A stretch of 64,000 nt of DNA from Armatimonadota bacterium (lineage in GTDB: Bacteria > Armatimonadota > Armatimonadia > Armatimonadales > Armatimonadaceae), in NCBI GenBank assembly GCA_043754515.1, contig JAYUUO010000150.1, forward strand, positions 32,001 to 96,000, in the 5' to 3' direction. Shown piece after piece: positions 28,186 to 37,559 of this stretch. Numbering within the stretch: position 1 is the first letter of the stretch; each line of letters begins with the position of its first letter. The notes beneath the pieces were generated by a model. That model ran no database searches and had not been told where the DNA came from. It saw nothing but the letters and a program-made list of their open reading frames with translations. A program made the position numbers and the translations under genes.

Positions 28186-28689
28186 CTATAGTTTATCATG
28201 GCTTGGGGGGATGTCCGCCACGCGCGGGCGGACGAGGAGCCGGGTCATCAGCGCACCTACACCCGCGCCCAGCAACAGTCCGCCGAATACGTCCCCCGTC
28301 TCGTGGTAACGCAGATACACCAGAGCAAACATCATAAGCGCGGTAGCGGGGACGGCTAGCAGGAGCCATGGTTTGCCGCGGTACGCCACGATGACCGCGG
28401 ACGCGGACGCGGCGAAGGTAGTGTGCCCGGAAGGGAACCCGGAATGCCCCTGCCAAACAACATACCTCTTACCTACTTCGGCGAATACCACGGGTACCGC
28501 GATAGCGACGCAACCGACCGCGCAGAGCCATAGGGCGCGGCGGAGCGAGGCCGCGCGGGTCGCGGGCGTCGCCGATGACAGTGCCGACAGTACCCCCATC
28601 AATATTACGACAAACAACACCGGGTTGATCCCGTTCACCAGCATGTCCATGACACCATGTATGGTCTGAACGTCCAGCAGATTGATCAC
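28186..28689 (-). CDS. PAP2-family membrane phosphatase
   Basis: 'FPSGHT' and 'YHETGDVFGG'. Motifs 1 and 3 are degenerate. Confidence 0.75.
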   Translation of the reverse strand: MINLLDVQTIHGVMDMLVNGINPVLFVVILMGVLSALSSATPATRAASLRRALWLCAVGCVAIAVPVVFAEVGKRYVVWQGHSGFPSGHTTFAASASAVIVAYRGKPWLLLAVPATALMMFALVYLRYHETGDVFGGLLLGAGVGALMTRLLVRPRVADIPPSHDKL

Positions 28690-29213
28690 GCGCCAACCAC
28701 TTTCGGGCGTTCGCGAAATCCGTGCCGCTCGTAGAGCACGACGGCGGTAATTCGTCCCGACGAGGTGATGAGAAACGTCTCCTGGTGGCCGAGGTCGCGC
28801 AGGCGATGCAGGGAGTGCAGAAACAGTGCTTTACCGATGCCGCGGCCCTGGTACGCGGGTAGCACCGCCAGCCAGTGGACGCGCCCCCACCCCGCGAGCG
28901 CGGGGTGGCCTTTGCTCGGTGTCTCCTCGCTCCAAGCCGTCACTGTACCGACCGTGGTGCCCGTCGCCTCGTCCACGGCGAAGTACACCCGCGCGGCCAG
29001 CAGTGCCTCGTCATTACCGAGCGAGTCGCGGAACACGGAGTCGGCGATCTCGTCGAACGGCTCGGCTTCGCGCCAAATGTGCGTCCAAACAGATTCGTCG
29101 CCGGTCTGGTATGCGCTTAAGGCGACGCCGACCGGAAGACCGGCGGGCGGTAGGCCGTTCAGATCGGGGCGTTCCAGTACCAGGGAGCGGTTCGCGGGAT
29201 TTTCGGGGGCCAT
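28686..29213 (-). CDS. GNAT acetyltransferase
   Basis: 'LAVLPAYQGRGIGKAL', 'LYERHGF'. Confidence 0.88.
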   Translation of the reverse strand: MAPENPANRSLVLERPDLNGLPPAGLPVGVALSAYQTGDESVWTHIWREAEPFDEIADSVFRDSLGNDEALLAARVYFAVDEATGTTVGTVTAWSEETPSKGHPALAGWGRVHWLAVLPAYQGRGIGKALFLHSLHRLRDLGHQETFLITSSGRITAVVLYERHGFRERPKVVGA

Positions 29214-29275
29214 ATGTTGTGGTTACGTGCTCACCGGGCGGGCGGTTCCGTAGCCGCCCGCCCCGGCCACCCCGG

Positions 29276-30772
29276 CTAGCCGTAGATCGCCCGGAACTTA
29301 GTGTTCAGATAGCGCAGGTACGAGCGCGACTGCGCGGGTTCCCCGCAGACCCGCTCGACCAGTTCGGCGGGGAAGTAGCGGCGGCCCGGCGCGTGGACGT
29401 TCTCGCGGAGCCAGAGGAGGAGCGAGTCGAACTCGCCCCGCTCCAGGTCGGTCGCGATGTTCGGGTGATCACCGGTCGCCTTATCGTACAGTTGCGACGA
29501 GAGCATAGTACCCAGCGCGTAGGTCGGGAAGTAGCCGAACAGAGCCGCCGACCAGTGGACGTCCTGCAAACAGCCGTTCGCGTCCGAATCCGGCGCGATC
29601 CCGAGATACTCCTCCATCAGTGTGTTCCACGCGCCGGGAACGTCCTTAACCGCGAGTTCCCCCGCGACCATCCGCTTCTCGATCTCGAAGCGTAGCATGA
29701 TGTGTAAACAGTAGGTAGCCTCATCCGCTTCGACCCGTATATAGGACGGCTCCACCTTGTTGATCGCGCGATAAAATGCGTCCACGGAAACGTCGTCCAG
29801 CGTGCCGGGGAACGCCTTCCGCAGGTCGCCGTAGTAGACGTCCCAGAACACGCGGGAGCGGCCAACCAAATTTTCCCAGAGCCGGGATTGTGACTCGTGG
29901 ATGCCGAGCGACGCCGGGCCGGAAAGCGGGGTGAAGTCGTCCTTCATCTGGAAGCCCTGTTCGTAGAGCGCGTGCCCGGTCTCGTGGATCGTGCCCATCA
30001 GCGCGGCGGGTAGCCAGTCGGCCTCGAAGCGTGTCGTGATGCGCACGTCATCTTTGCCGAACGAGGTGCAGAACGGGTGTACAGCCTTGTCCTGCCGCCC
30101 GCGCCTGAAGTCGAACCCCATCTTTTTGATGATCGCCTCGCCGAAGGCGAGTTGACCGGCTTCGGGGAAGCCGCGTCGGAGGGGGGAGTCGTCCTGTTGT
30201 GGGCAGCTCTTGATGTGACGTACCAACTCGACAAGTCCCGCGCGCAGTTCGCCGAAGACACGGTCTACCTCCGCCGTGGTCATCCCCGGCTCGTATTGAT
30301 CCAGCAGGGCGTCGTACGGGTGGGTGACGTAGCCCAGATAATCCGCCTTGCGCCGCGAAAGTTCGAGTAGTTTCTCCAGGGTCGGGGCGAAATGGGCGAA
30401 GTCATTTTCGGCTCGCGCCTTCACCCACACCTCATGCCCCAGCGTCTCGGCTTTGGCTAGTTCGGCGACGAGGCTGGACGGGATTTTCACGGCGAGATCG
30501 TAGTCGCGGCGCACCGCGCGGAGCGTGAGACGCTCGTCAGAGTCCGTGCCTAGGTCCCTCGCTTCCGCCTCGGCGGCGGCAAGCAGAGTGCCGGTTTCGG
30601 TCGCGGTGAATCGCTCGTGCGCAATGGTGCCTAGGACGGCGAGTTGCTCGGCCCGTTCCGCCGTGCCCCCGGTGGGCATGTAGCACTGCTGATCCCACCC
30701 GAGGACGGCGGCGGCACTGGCGATGTGGCCAATCTCTTTGCAACGGGCCATCAATTTATCGTAGTTTTCCAT
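29276..30772 (-). CDS. M32 (Taq-type) carboxypeptidase
   Basis: 'HPF', 'DVRITTR', 'HETGH', 'HESQS', 'IRVEADE', 'GCLQDVHW'. Confidence 0.95.
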   Translation of the reverse strand: MENYDKLMARCKEIGHIASAAAVLGWDQQCYMPTGGTAERAEQLAVLGTIAHERFTATETGTLLAAAEAEARDLGTDSDERLTLRAVRRDYDLAVKIPSSLVAELAKAETLGHEVWVKARAENDFAHFAPTLEKLLELSRRKADYLGYVTHPYDALLDQYEPGMTTAEVDRVFGELRAGLVELVRHIKSCPQQDDSPLRRGFPEAGQLAFGEAIIKKMGFDFRRGRQDKAVHPFCTSFGKDDVRITTRFEADWLPAALMGTIHETGHALYEQGFQMKDDFTPLSGPASLGIHESQSRLWENLVGRSRVFWDVYYGDLRKAFPGTLDDVSVDAFYRAINKVEPSYIRVEADEATYCLHIMLRFEIEKRMVAGELAVKDVPGAWNTLMEEYLGIAPDSDANGCLQDVHWSAALFGYFPTYALGTMLSSQLYDKATGDHPNIATDLERGEFDSLLLWLRENVHAPGRRYFPAELVERVCGEPAQSRSYLRYLNTKFRAIYG

Positions 30773-30986
30773 GTGGCTATGGTATCATCGGGGGGCGGAA
30801 AAAAGCGTCGCGTGTTGCCAGTTAAAGATAATCAACCGATCCGACCGATCCGAGGTTTGATAAAGAGACGATGCGGGCAATAACATCTGTAAATGCCTCG
30901 ATTAGAAGGCAACGCGCCTGACGAATCCTCTTTCCCCGTGCTTACCTACGACCGACTGTAAATGTTTAGATAAAGGATGGCAGTGC

Positions 30987-32354
30987 TTGTCAGCACCAAT
31001 CGCTCGAACTAGCGACACCGCCGACGGCGGTGGCGGTTTCATGTCCGGCGCGCCCGATAGTATCGGATCCCCCGCGCCGGGCGACATAGGCAGTGCTCTG
31101 CTAAACTGGCTCAGTGAGCCGGACGGCCCGTCCCGCTGGCGCGGTCTGTGGGGCGAATGGCGACCAGCGGATGGTGACGAGGAGGCCGTCGCGCTCGCGG
31201 CGGAGGGATCGGCACGCCACGAATTGCTCGACGTCCTGACCGCGATTACCGCCGAGTCCGACCAGCGGCTCGCCCTCGCCCTCTGGTACATCCGCGCCCG
31301 CGCCGGTTGGAACATGATGAACCTCCAAACGGGGTACGAGGCGAACGCGGGCTTCTGGAACCTCCCGGCGATCTATGGGCTGTCCGCGCTTTCTACCCTG
31401 ATCGGTTCCATCGAGCCGTTGCTCCCCACGGCGTTCCGAAACATCACGCAGGACTTATGGGCGCAAGCCACGGTGCAGGCGGTGACGCCGGAGCAGATCG
31501 CTCCCCAGGAGTCGGACGAACTCGCGACCGCGCTACCGGTCGGCACCAACTTCGGCGTGCATGGCGAGAATGACGCCCTGCGCGACCGGCTCCAGCAGTT
31601 GCGGCAACTGCTTAACGAACGCGACCGCGAACGTTCCCTGCTCGCGGCGGAGGTTGGCGCGACCGTGGTCGCCGACGCTACGGAAGCTGCCCGCCAGAAG
31701 TTGCGCCGCCTCAACAGCCGCGTTGCGGAGCAGGCCCGCGAGATCGCCCAGTTGCGCATGGAGCGCGACGAGATTGTCGGGCATCTGCCCGGACGCGAAC
31801 CGGCGACCGACGCCGCCGAGAAGATACGCGCCCTGACTCAATCGGTGCGGCAGCTCGAAGGCAGACTCGCTGTGCGGGAGTCGGACCGCCGCTCTTTCGA
31901 GAAAGAACTCGGCACCTCCAGCGCGGAGGACATACTAGCCTACGTTCAGGAGTTGCAGAGTAAGGAGGCGAAACTACGGAACCGCGTTTCCTTGCTACAA
32001 ACGAACGGACTGTTTCTGTTGCGGGAACTCGGCGGGGACGACACTGATCCCGGCGCGGTCAGCACCGACGACGGCTGGTTTTGGATGGCCTCCGAGCGGG
32101 CGCGCGCGTTGAAAGAAGCGGTGGCGGACCGCGCGGCGGATCTGGCGTGGCTCCGGGCACAGTGGGAGCGGGTGGGTCTGGAGACGGGAACCGCCGACCC
32201 CAACATCGCCGCCGACCGGATCCGCGCCCTGAACATGGAGCTACGTCGCGTGCAATCCGAAGTGGAGGAGGTGTTCGGTAAGAGTGCGTTCGACGAGTCG
32301 AACGCGTCGCCGTTGCCGCCGCTTCCCCCATCACTCTTCGGGCGCAGACCTTAA
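30987..32354 (+). CDS. uncharacterised protein: helical N-terminal domain plus long coiled coil with degenerate repeats (first gene of the PYP operon)
   Basis: 455-aa ORF, TTG start after AAAGGA (ATG 31041 is an alternative), heptad-rich, no TM helix or signal peptide. Confidence 0.75.
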   Translation: MSAPIARTSDTADGGGGFMSGAPDSIGSPAPGDIGSALLNWLSEPDGPSRWRGLWGEWRPADGDEEAVALAAEGSARHELLDVLTAITAESDQRLALALWYIRARAGWNMMNLQTGYEANAGFWNLPAIYGLSALSTLIGSIEPLLPTAFRNITQDLWAQATVQAVTPEQIAPQESDELATALPVGTNFGVHGENDALRDRLQQLRQLLNERDRERSLLAAEVGATVVADATEAARQKLRRLNSRVAEQAREIAQLRMERDEIVGHLPGREPATDAAEKIRALTQSVRQLEGRLAVRESDRRSFEKELGTSSAEDILAYVQELQSKEAKLRNRVSLLQTNGLFLLRELGGDDTDPGAVSTDDGWFWMASERARALKEAVADRAADLAWLRAQWERVGLETGTADPNIAADRIRALNMELRRVQSEVEEVFGKSAFDESNASPLPPLPPSLFGRRP

Positions 32355-32395
32355 TCGGCTCGCCTGATCTACTACCTTGAAGGGAACTAACTATC

Positions 32396-33091
32396 ATGTT
32401 CGCGGGTTTATCCGGAGCATCACGCCAGCAACAGGAACACGAGCGGAGTGTCGCCACCAAAGTGCTGGAAAGCATGGAGGGCCAACTGATCGCCGTCTAC
32501 GCCGAGAAGGAGTTGTTACACAACGAGATCGGCGTCAGCGAGGCGACGGAAATCATCGCGCTCGTGAACGCTCTCGTGGAGCGGGTGCGGCAACACGAGC
32601 CGGACTTCGACTACCAGGGCGGCGGGGACGCGGGAGGGACGGACGCCGTTGGAGAAACAGCGGAAAGCGACCTGCCGGAAGGCGTGGACGGGTTCAAGGA
32701 TCTGTCGCACCGCGTCCGCATCCTCACCGGGACTATCAACAGCATGGAGGCGCAACTGATTGACGTTTACGCGGATCGGGAATTACTCTACCGTGAGGGC
32801 GGGATCAAGCAGACGCAGGATGTGTTGACCCGGCTACGCGAGAACGAGAAGTTGCGCGCCCAGGTGTCCGTGATGGAGGATCAGGTCGCCGCCCTTTACG
32901 CACAGCGTCACGCGCTCACGCAGGGGCTAGGCAGGAGCGACGCCGGTGAAATCGTGGCTATCGTCCGCGCGATAACCGACGCGCTCGAAACCGCGCAACA
33001 CGCCGCGGCAAGGCTGGTGCCCGCCCCCCGCGAGTCGGCGGGAACGCCGCCCGACGACGTCCACGCCACAGTCGCGGACGAGGTGAACTAG
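32396..33091 (+). CDS. uncharacterised coiled-coil repeat protein (three MExQ(L/V)xx(V/L)YA repeats)
   Basis: GAAGGGA RBS, three internal repeats, stop codon 15 bp before pyp. Confidence 0.78.
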   Translation: MFAGLSGASRQQQEHERSVATKVLESMEGQLIAVYAEKELLHNEIGVSEATEIIALVNALVERVRQHEPDFDYQGGGDAGGTDAVGETAESDLPEGVDGFKDLSHRVRILTGTINSMEAQLIDVYADRELLYREGGIKQTQDVLTRLRENEKLRAQVSVMEDQVAALYAQRHALTQGLGRSDAGEIVAIVRAITDALETAQHAAARLVPAPRESAGTPPDDVHATVADEVN

Positions 33092-33106
33092 AAACGAGAA
33101 TCGCAT

Positions 33107-33544
33107 ATGTTTAACTTGAAACGAAACACGAACACCCCGATGGGGACGCTGGGCGCGACACCTGGGGTCCTCCCGGCCAATACGATGGCGCGCCTGTCGC
33201 AAATGTCGCGCGGCGAACTAGACTCCCTATCGGTTGGGGTAATTCAGGTGGACGACGCCGGGGTTATTCTGCGCTATAACAAGACGGAGAGCGAACTCGC
33301 CGGATTTCGCGCCGAGGATGTCGAGGGTAAGAACCTGTTCTTCGAACTCGCGCCCTGTATGAATAACGGCTTGGTATATGGCAAGTTCCGGTCGGGCGTT
33401 GATGCTAACAGTTTGGATCAGGAGTTGGTATACGCGCTTACCTACCGCATGCGTCCGGTGCTGACGCAGATCCGCCTGTGGCGTGACATCCAAACCACGA
33501 CCAACTGGATTTTGCTACAACGCATCGGCACGTCCAGCAAATAG
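33107..33544 (+). CDS. pyp: photoactive yellow protein (PYP) homologue
   Basis: Ungapped match by eye to Halorhodospira halophila PYP: 'LDSLSVGVIQVDDAGVILRYNKTE', 'GKNLFFELAPC', 'YGKFRSGV', 'TYRMRP'. Y42/N43/E46/C69/Y98/M100 equivalents are present. Confidence 0.88.
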   Translation: MFNLKRNTNTPMGTLGATPGVLPANTMARLSQMSRGELDSLSVGVIQVDDAGVILRYNKTESELAGFRAEDVEGKNLFFELAPCMNNGLVYGKFRSGVDANSLDQELVYALTYRMRPVLTQIRLWRDIQTTTNWILLQRIGTSSK

Positions 33545-33547
33545 CGG

Positions 33548-34753
33548 CTACCGCGTTACGAACCGCCCTGGATTCAGCGAGTCGCCCGGATCCAGGGCGG
33601 TTTTTACGCGGCGCATGAGCGGCAGGGATGCTGCCTTGGGGAACCATACGCACTCGTCTTTGCCACGGTGCCATAGCGGCGCATGAACCATCGTGTAGCC
33701 GGTGAGGGAAGAACGGGCTCGCGTGCTTATTAGCTCTATCATTCCGCTCATCGCCGCCGCGACTCCGTCACTCCACTCCGGGAAGTACGCCTGCGTGGCC
33801 CCCGTGCCATACCATGTCTCTATGACCGTGCCCACCTCGGCAAGCATCGCGGACATTGTACAGAGTGCCCCCCATTGTTCGTCTACAGGCCCGACCGCGC
33901 GGAATACCACGGCTCCATGCGGGGAATCGTGCGCAGTCAGTTCCTCAATTATGGAAACCGCATGCCGGGACGTAACGCTTGCGCGGGCTAGCCCGGCGCA
34001 CTTCTCCGCCTCCGACACGACGGCTTCGGCGAACCCGTTGAAGTGCGCGACGAAGTAGGTTCCCGTCTCGTCCCGGCGCCCGTAGAAGCGGGTGGGCGAG
34101 ACCGCGTTCAGGGTATCGCGGATGAATCCGCTGATACTGGCCGCGTTGTCATCTCCAGGACGTACCAGCACCGTGCGCTCCGCCTCCGGTAGCGGCGCGA
34201 CTTTGAATGTCGCCTCCGCGAGAACCCCGAGGGTGCCTAGCGCGCCGATGTGCAACTTAGGGATGTCGTAGCCGGTGACGTTTTTGACGACTTTGCCGCC
34301 GCCCTTGACCAGTTTTCCCTCCGCGTTTACGAACGACAGACCGATCAGCCAGTCCCGCGCGGTGCCGTAGCCGAGCCGGGACGCCGTGAATGCGTTGGCG
34401 GCGAGTACGCCGCCGACGGTCGCCTCGGCGGGGCGAGGGGGATCGAGCGGAAGAAACAGGCCGTGCGGGCGTAAGGCGTCTTGCACGGCGGCGATGGTTA
34501 CCCCCGCCTCGACTGTGATCGTTAGGTCGCCCGGCTCTATCGCGACGACGCGGTTTAGCCCGCCTGTCTCGATCAGGGTGAACGCGCCGGGGCGGGGCGG
34601 GTAGCCGTAGTCCTGCCCGGTACCGCCGCCATTCGGCACGACGCGGTGCCCCGCTTCGACAGCCTCAAAAACCGCGTCGGCTAGTTCCGCGATGGTTTGC
34701 GGCGAGGCGACGCGGGTCGGTTCCGCGCCCAGCGTCTCGGTGTAGTTCGTCAT
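33548..34753 (-). CDS. FAD-binding oxidoreductase (glycolate oxidase GlcE-like)
   Basis: 'EPGDLTITVEAG', 'ATVGG', 'GGKVVKNVTGYD', 'GTLGVL', 'DPGDSLNPGR'. Confidence 0.85.
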   Translation of the reverse strand: MTNYTETLGAEPTRVASPQTIAELADAVFEAVEAGHRVVPNGGGTGQDYGYPPRPGAFTLIETGGLNRVVAIEPGDLTITVEAGVTIAAVQDALRPHGLFLPLDPPRPAEATVGGVLAANAFTASRLGYGTARDWLIGLSFVNAEGKLVKGGGKVVKNVTGYDIPKLHIGALGTLGVLAEATFKVAPLPEAERTVLVRPGDDNAASISGFIRDTLNAVSPTRFYGRRDETGTYFVAHFNGFAEAVVSEAEKCAGLARASVTSRHAVSIIEELTAHDSPHGAVVFRAVGPVDEQWGALCTMSAMLAEVGTVIETWYGTGATQAYFPEWSDGVAAAMSGMIELISTRARSSLTGYTMVHAPLWHRGKDECVWFPKAASLPLMRRVKTALDPGDSLNPGRFVTR

Positions 34754-34807
34754 ACGGGGCATTGTGCGACGCGGCGGGGCTAAAATCCTGCTCTCGGCGC
34801 GGTCGGA

Positions 34808-35665
34808 CTACGGCGTTAAGGCGCGGACTAGTTCGGCGGCGGGTAGGAGGGAGCGCATCCGCCCTATACCGAGACCAGCGAACAGCGATGCGTTATCTTC
34901 GTCACTGTGTGTCATCAGGCGGCGGCGTGGTGAGCAGGGCCAGTACCCCCTCTGCCGCAGGTCGAGCGTCAGGTGCTCTAGCCGCGCCCGCAGGAGCCGC
35001 GATTTATCACGGGGGGCGGCGTTCGACTCCTCGGAGAGCAGGAAGCGGGTGCCGAAGACGGCGGCATCCGCCCCCGCGGCGAGCGCGGCGCGGGTGTCGG
35101 TCGCGTCCGCGAACCCGCCCCCCGCGAGGATCGGTAGTGCCGCGCCGAACCCGGCGCGTAATTCCCGCACCAGATCCAGAATCGGGTGCGGGGAGCGCAC
35201 CTGCCCCCCGGCCTCCGTGCCCTGCGCGACCAGTACGTCCGCCCCGCTCTCCACCGCCTCGCGCGCCTGTCCGATCGTCCCGACCTGCCAGAACACTGTG
35301 CCGCCCGCCTTCTTGACGCGTGGGGCGAGCCGCGAGCCGTTCCACCAGAAGACGTGTATTATCGGGAAGCCCAGGGCGAAAGCCGTGTCCAGAACCGCGT
35401 CGCGATCCCATTCGGCGGTGAGCGCGAGTACAACTGGTCGGGGCGTCACGGCGCGGATGCGCAGTAACTGCCGCCGGAGGGCACCGGCATCTGGGTTGCG
35501 CGTTGATAGCGTGCCCAGCCCACCCGCTCGCGAGACAGCGGCGGCGAGACGTGGCCCGTCACAGACACCGATTGGTGCCTGCATAACTGGAATTATGAGT
35601 CGTAATCCGGGCGACAGCGTGGTCGCCCTGTTAAGCGTCTTAGATGGTCGGGAAGGTCTCACCAA
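34808..35665 (-). CDS. nitronate monooxygenase / 2-nitropropane dioxygenase family
   Basis: 'PVMQAP', 'AAVSRAGGLGTL', 'VAQGTEAGG', 'AGGFAD', 'FGTRFLLSEES'. Confidence 0.85.
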   Translation of the reverse strand: MVRPSRPSKTLNRATTLSPGLRLIIPVMQAPIGVCDGPRLAAAVSRAGGLGTLSTRNPDAGALRRQLLRIRAVTPRPVVLALTAEWDRDAVLDTAFALGFPIIHVFWWNGSRLAPRVKKAGGTVFWQVGTIGQAREAVESGADVLVAQGTEAGGQVRSPHPILDLVRELRAGFGAALPILAGGGFADATDTRAALAAGADAAVFGTRFLLSEESNAAPRDKSRLLRARLEHLTLDLRQRGYWPCSPRRRLMTHSDEDNASLFAGLGIGRMRSLLPAAELVRALTP

Positions 35666-35685
35666 AGTAGCATTCTCCGCACCTT

Positions 35686-36375
35686 CTATGGTGCCCCGGT
35701 ATCATTCATATCCACTTCTTTGCGGGGTGAATTAGAAGCGGAAGTTTTTAACGTGCGCTTGATGCTGTCGCGGGTGCGCTTCAAGCGTTGCTCCAGCCGC
35801 TTCGCGCGTTTCGTACCCAGCAAACTCCCTGCTTTTTTCGTGGTTCCGATGCCTTCCAGCCGCTCTGTAATGCCCTCGACCCGCTCGGTGAGCCGTTTGA
35901 CGACCCCGCCCCGCGTCTCGGGCGTGACTCGCCCTGGTAACTCGTCCGCGAGCCGCGCGAACCGCGAAAGCGTCTCGCTGAGTTTGGAGCCTTCCCCGGC
36001 GTGGCGCGACGCGTCGGCGATGGCGGCCCGCGCCCGGAGCGCGGCGCGTTCAAGACGCGTCGTTCGCGGAGCATCCTCCCCCGGCGCGAGCGACTCCTCC
36101 CCACCGGGCGGCGGTGGCGTGTCCGTCTCGGGAGCATGGTCGGGCGCGGTACCCCGGTTTGGGGGATCTGCCGCCGTCGCCACGGATCGCGCCACCTGCT
36201 CCGCGAGGCTCAGGGGCATCCCGGTTATGGAGACGATCTGCTCCGCCGTTGCCCGCGCGAGTTCGGCGCGGGTGGTTATCCCCGCCTCCGAAAGCAGTCG
36301 GCGGCGTACCGGCCCGAGTCCCGACACCCCGGACAGGTCGCTCGTGGTCGGCTCGTTCATAGCTGATTCGCTCAT
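35686..36375 (-). CDS. helix-hairpin-helix domain protein
   Basis: 'DLSGVSGLGPVRRRLLSEAGITTRAELARAT…ITGM' followed by a basic helical tail. Confidence 0.7.
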   Translation of the reverse strand: MSESAMNEPTTSDLSGVSGLGPVRRRLLSEAGITTRAELARATAEQIVSITGMPLSLAEQVARSVATAADPPNRGTAPDHAPETDTPPPPGGEESLAPGEDAPRTTRLERAALRARAAIADASRHAGEGSKLSETLSRFARLADELPGRVTPETRGGVVKRLTERVEGITERLEGIGTTKKAGSLLGTKRAKRLEQRLKRTRDSIKRTLKTSASNSPRKEVDMNDTGAP

Positions 36376-36509
36376 ACCCTGATGTTCTCATAAACTTCGC
36401 CACTTCGCACGGAAATGGGGGCAGTCGGGAAAGAAAATGCCTTCCGAGCCGGGTGTAGAGCCGACATCGTGCCAGTTTCGCGCGAACAGGGTGAGGTTCG
36501 CCGTTCTTT

Positions 36510-37122
36510 TCATGGCGCTTTTTTACTACCTGTCGCCGTCTCAACGTTTACTACGCGCGACGGCTTGGAGACAGTGGAGCCGGCATAGAGAATGGTCATA
36601 ATGAGAAGGGCCAGAAGGAAGCCGCACATCAGTGACTGCCATTTCTTGCTCAACTGTGCTACTCTCTCCTCTTCCCGCTTCCTTAGCCCGGTCAAGCCTC
36701 CACTGTGAGAGCAGAACGTCTATATCAGATAACTCCTCATGGAGACGGTGATCCACTTGGGGTGGCACGGGGGTCATTGCGGCAGAAGTAACGGGGGGAC
36801 GCGCGGCGGCGGTATCCGCGTGGGGTTGCCGCGCCGGGGCTGAAGGGACAGGTGGATTTATCGCGGCTTCGGAGGAGAGTGATCGCGCCGTAACTTCAAC
36901 GAACCCCTGGTCTGGCGGGGGGGCGGCGACCTGACCGCCTCGGGTAACATCATCCGGTTCACCGACCTGCGCGGCGTTCCCGAACCGTCTGAGATATTCC
37001 CTATGCTGACCGCTCGGCTCCGATGCGGGGCGTCGTCTGAACCGCCCGGTGTTCGCCCTGGAAGGTTTAGGGGTACCTCCCCCTCCGCCGTTGTTCGCGT
37101 TGTGTGAGGCAGTATTGTTCAT
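36510..37122 (-). CDS. hypothetical tail-anchored membrane protein, split by a +1 frameshift near 36688
   Basis: AGGAG RBS before ATG 37122. Removing one base from the C3 run at 36687-36689 gives …QWRLDRLRKREEERVAQLSKKW plus a TM helix. Confidence 0.5.
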
Positions 37123-37559
37123 AGTTCGTAAACTCCTTTTGTTGTGATGTAAGCTTCATTATAAATTCAGATGATATTTTTACTTGACGGTGCGTGGTCA
37201 CTGACGCTACCGCTCCGCGTTGAGGCGCGACCCGCCCCCGCTACCGCCACCATCCTGGCTGGCCACTGTCGTCCATGCCGCAGGCGATGCTGAGCCACCA
37301 CCACGGGGCACCGGAAGGCGCGACTAACCTCCCTCGAACAGGGCGGGCGGTGATCTCGCCGCGGCACGGTTGCTAGTTCCGCTCTCCTCGGGTAGATTCC
37401 GTCGGGGTATGCCCCGTGAGTGTTTTAGTGCTGTCAGCGGCCCGCGTGTACTGACAATCGGGGGAGGGGTGTGATTCCCTTGTCCCCCGCGCCGCAAGTC
37501 ATTTGAACTCGATTTCGGTGGCGCGGAACCTGTGGTACCGGAACTGTCCTCGGCGTAAT

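Noticed and set aside
30987..33091. Calling the coiled-coil proteins SMC, gas vesicle or chemotaxis proteins
   Set aside because: No Walker motifs, Gvp signatures or MCP hairpin motif. Any similarity would be generic coiled coil.
33548..35665. Flavoenzymes downstream of pyp as chromophore biosynthesis genes
   Set aside because: They are on the opposite strand and belong to GlcE-like and nitronate monooxygenase families, not ammonia lyases or CoA ligases.
34764..36382. Plus-strand ORFs of 323 and 220 aa
   Set aside because: Antisense to recognisable genes, with Arg/Ser/Pro-rich shadow composition.
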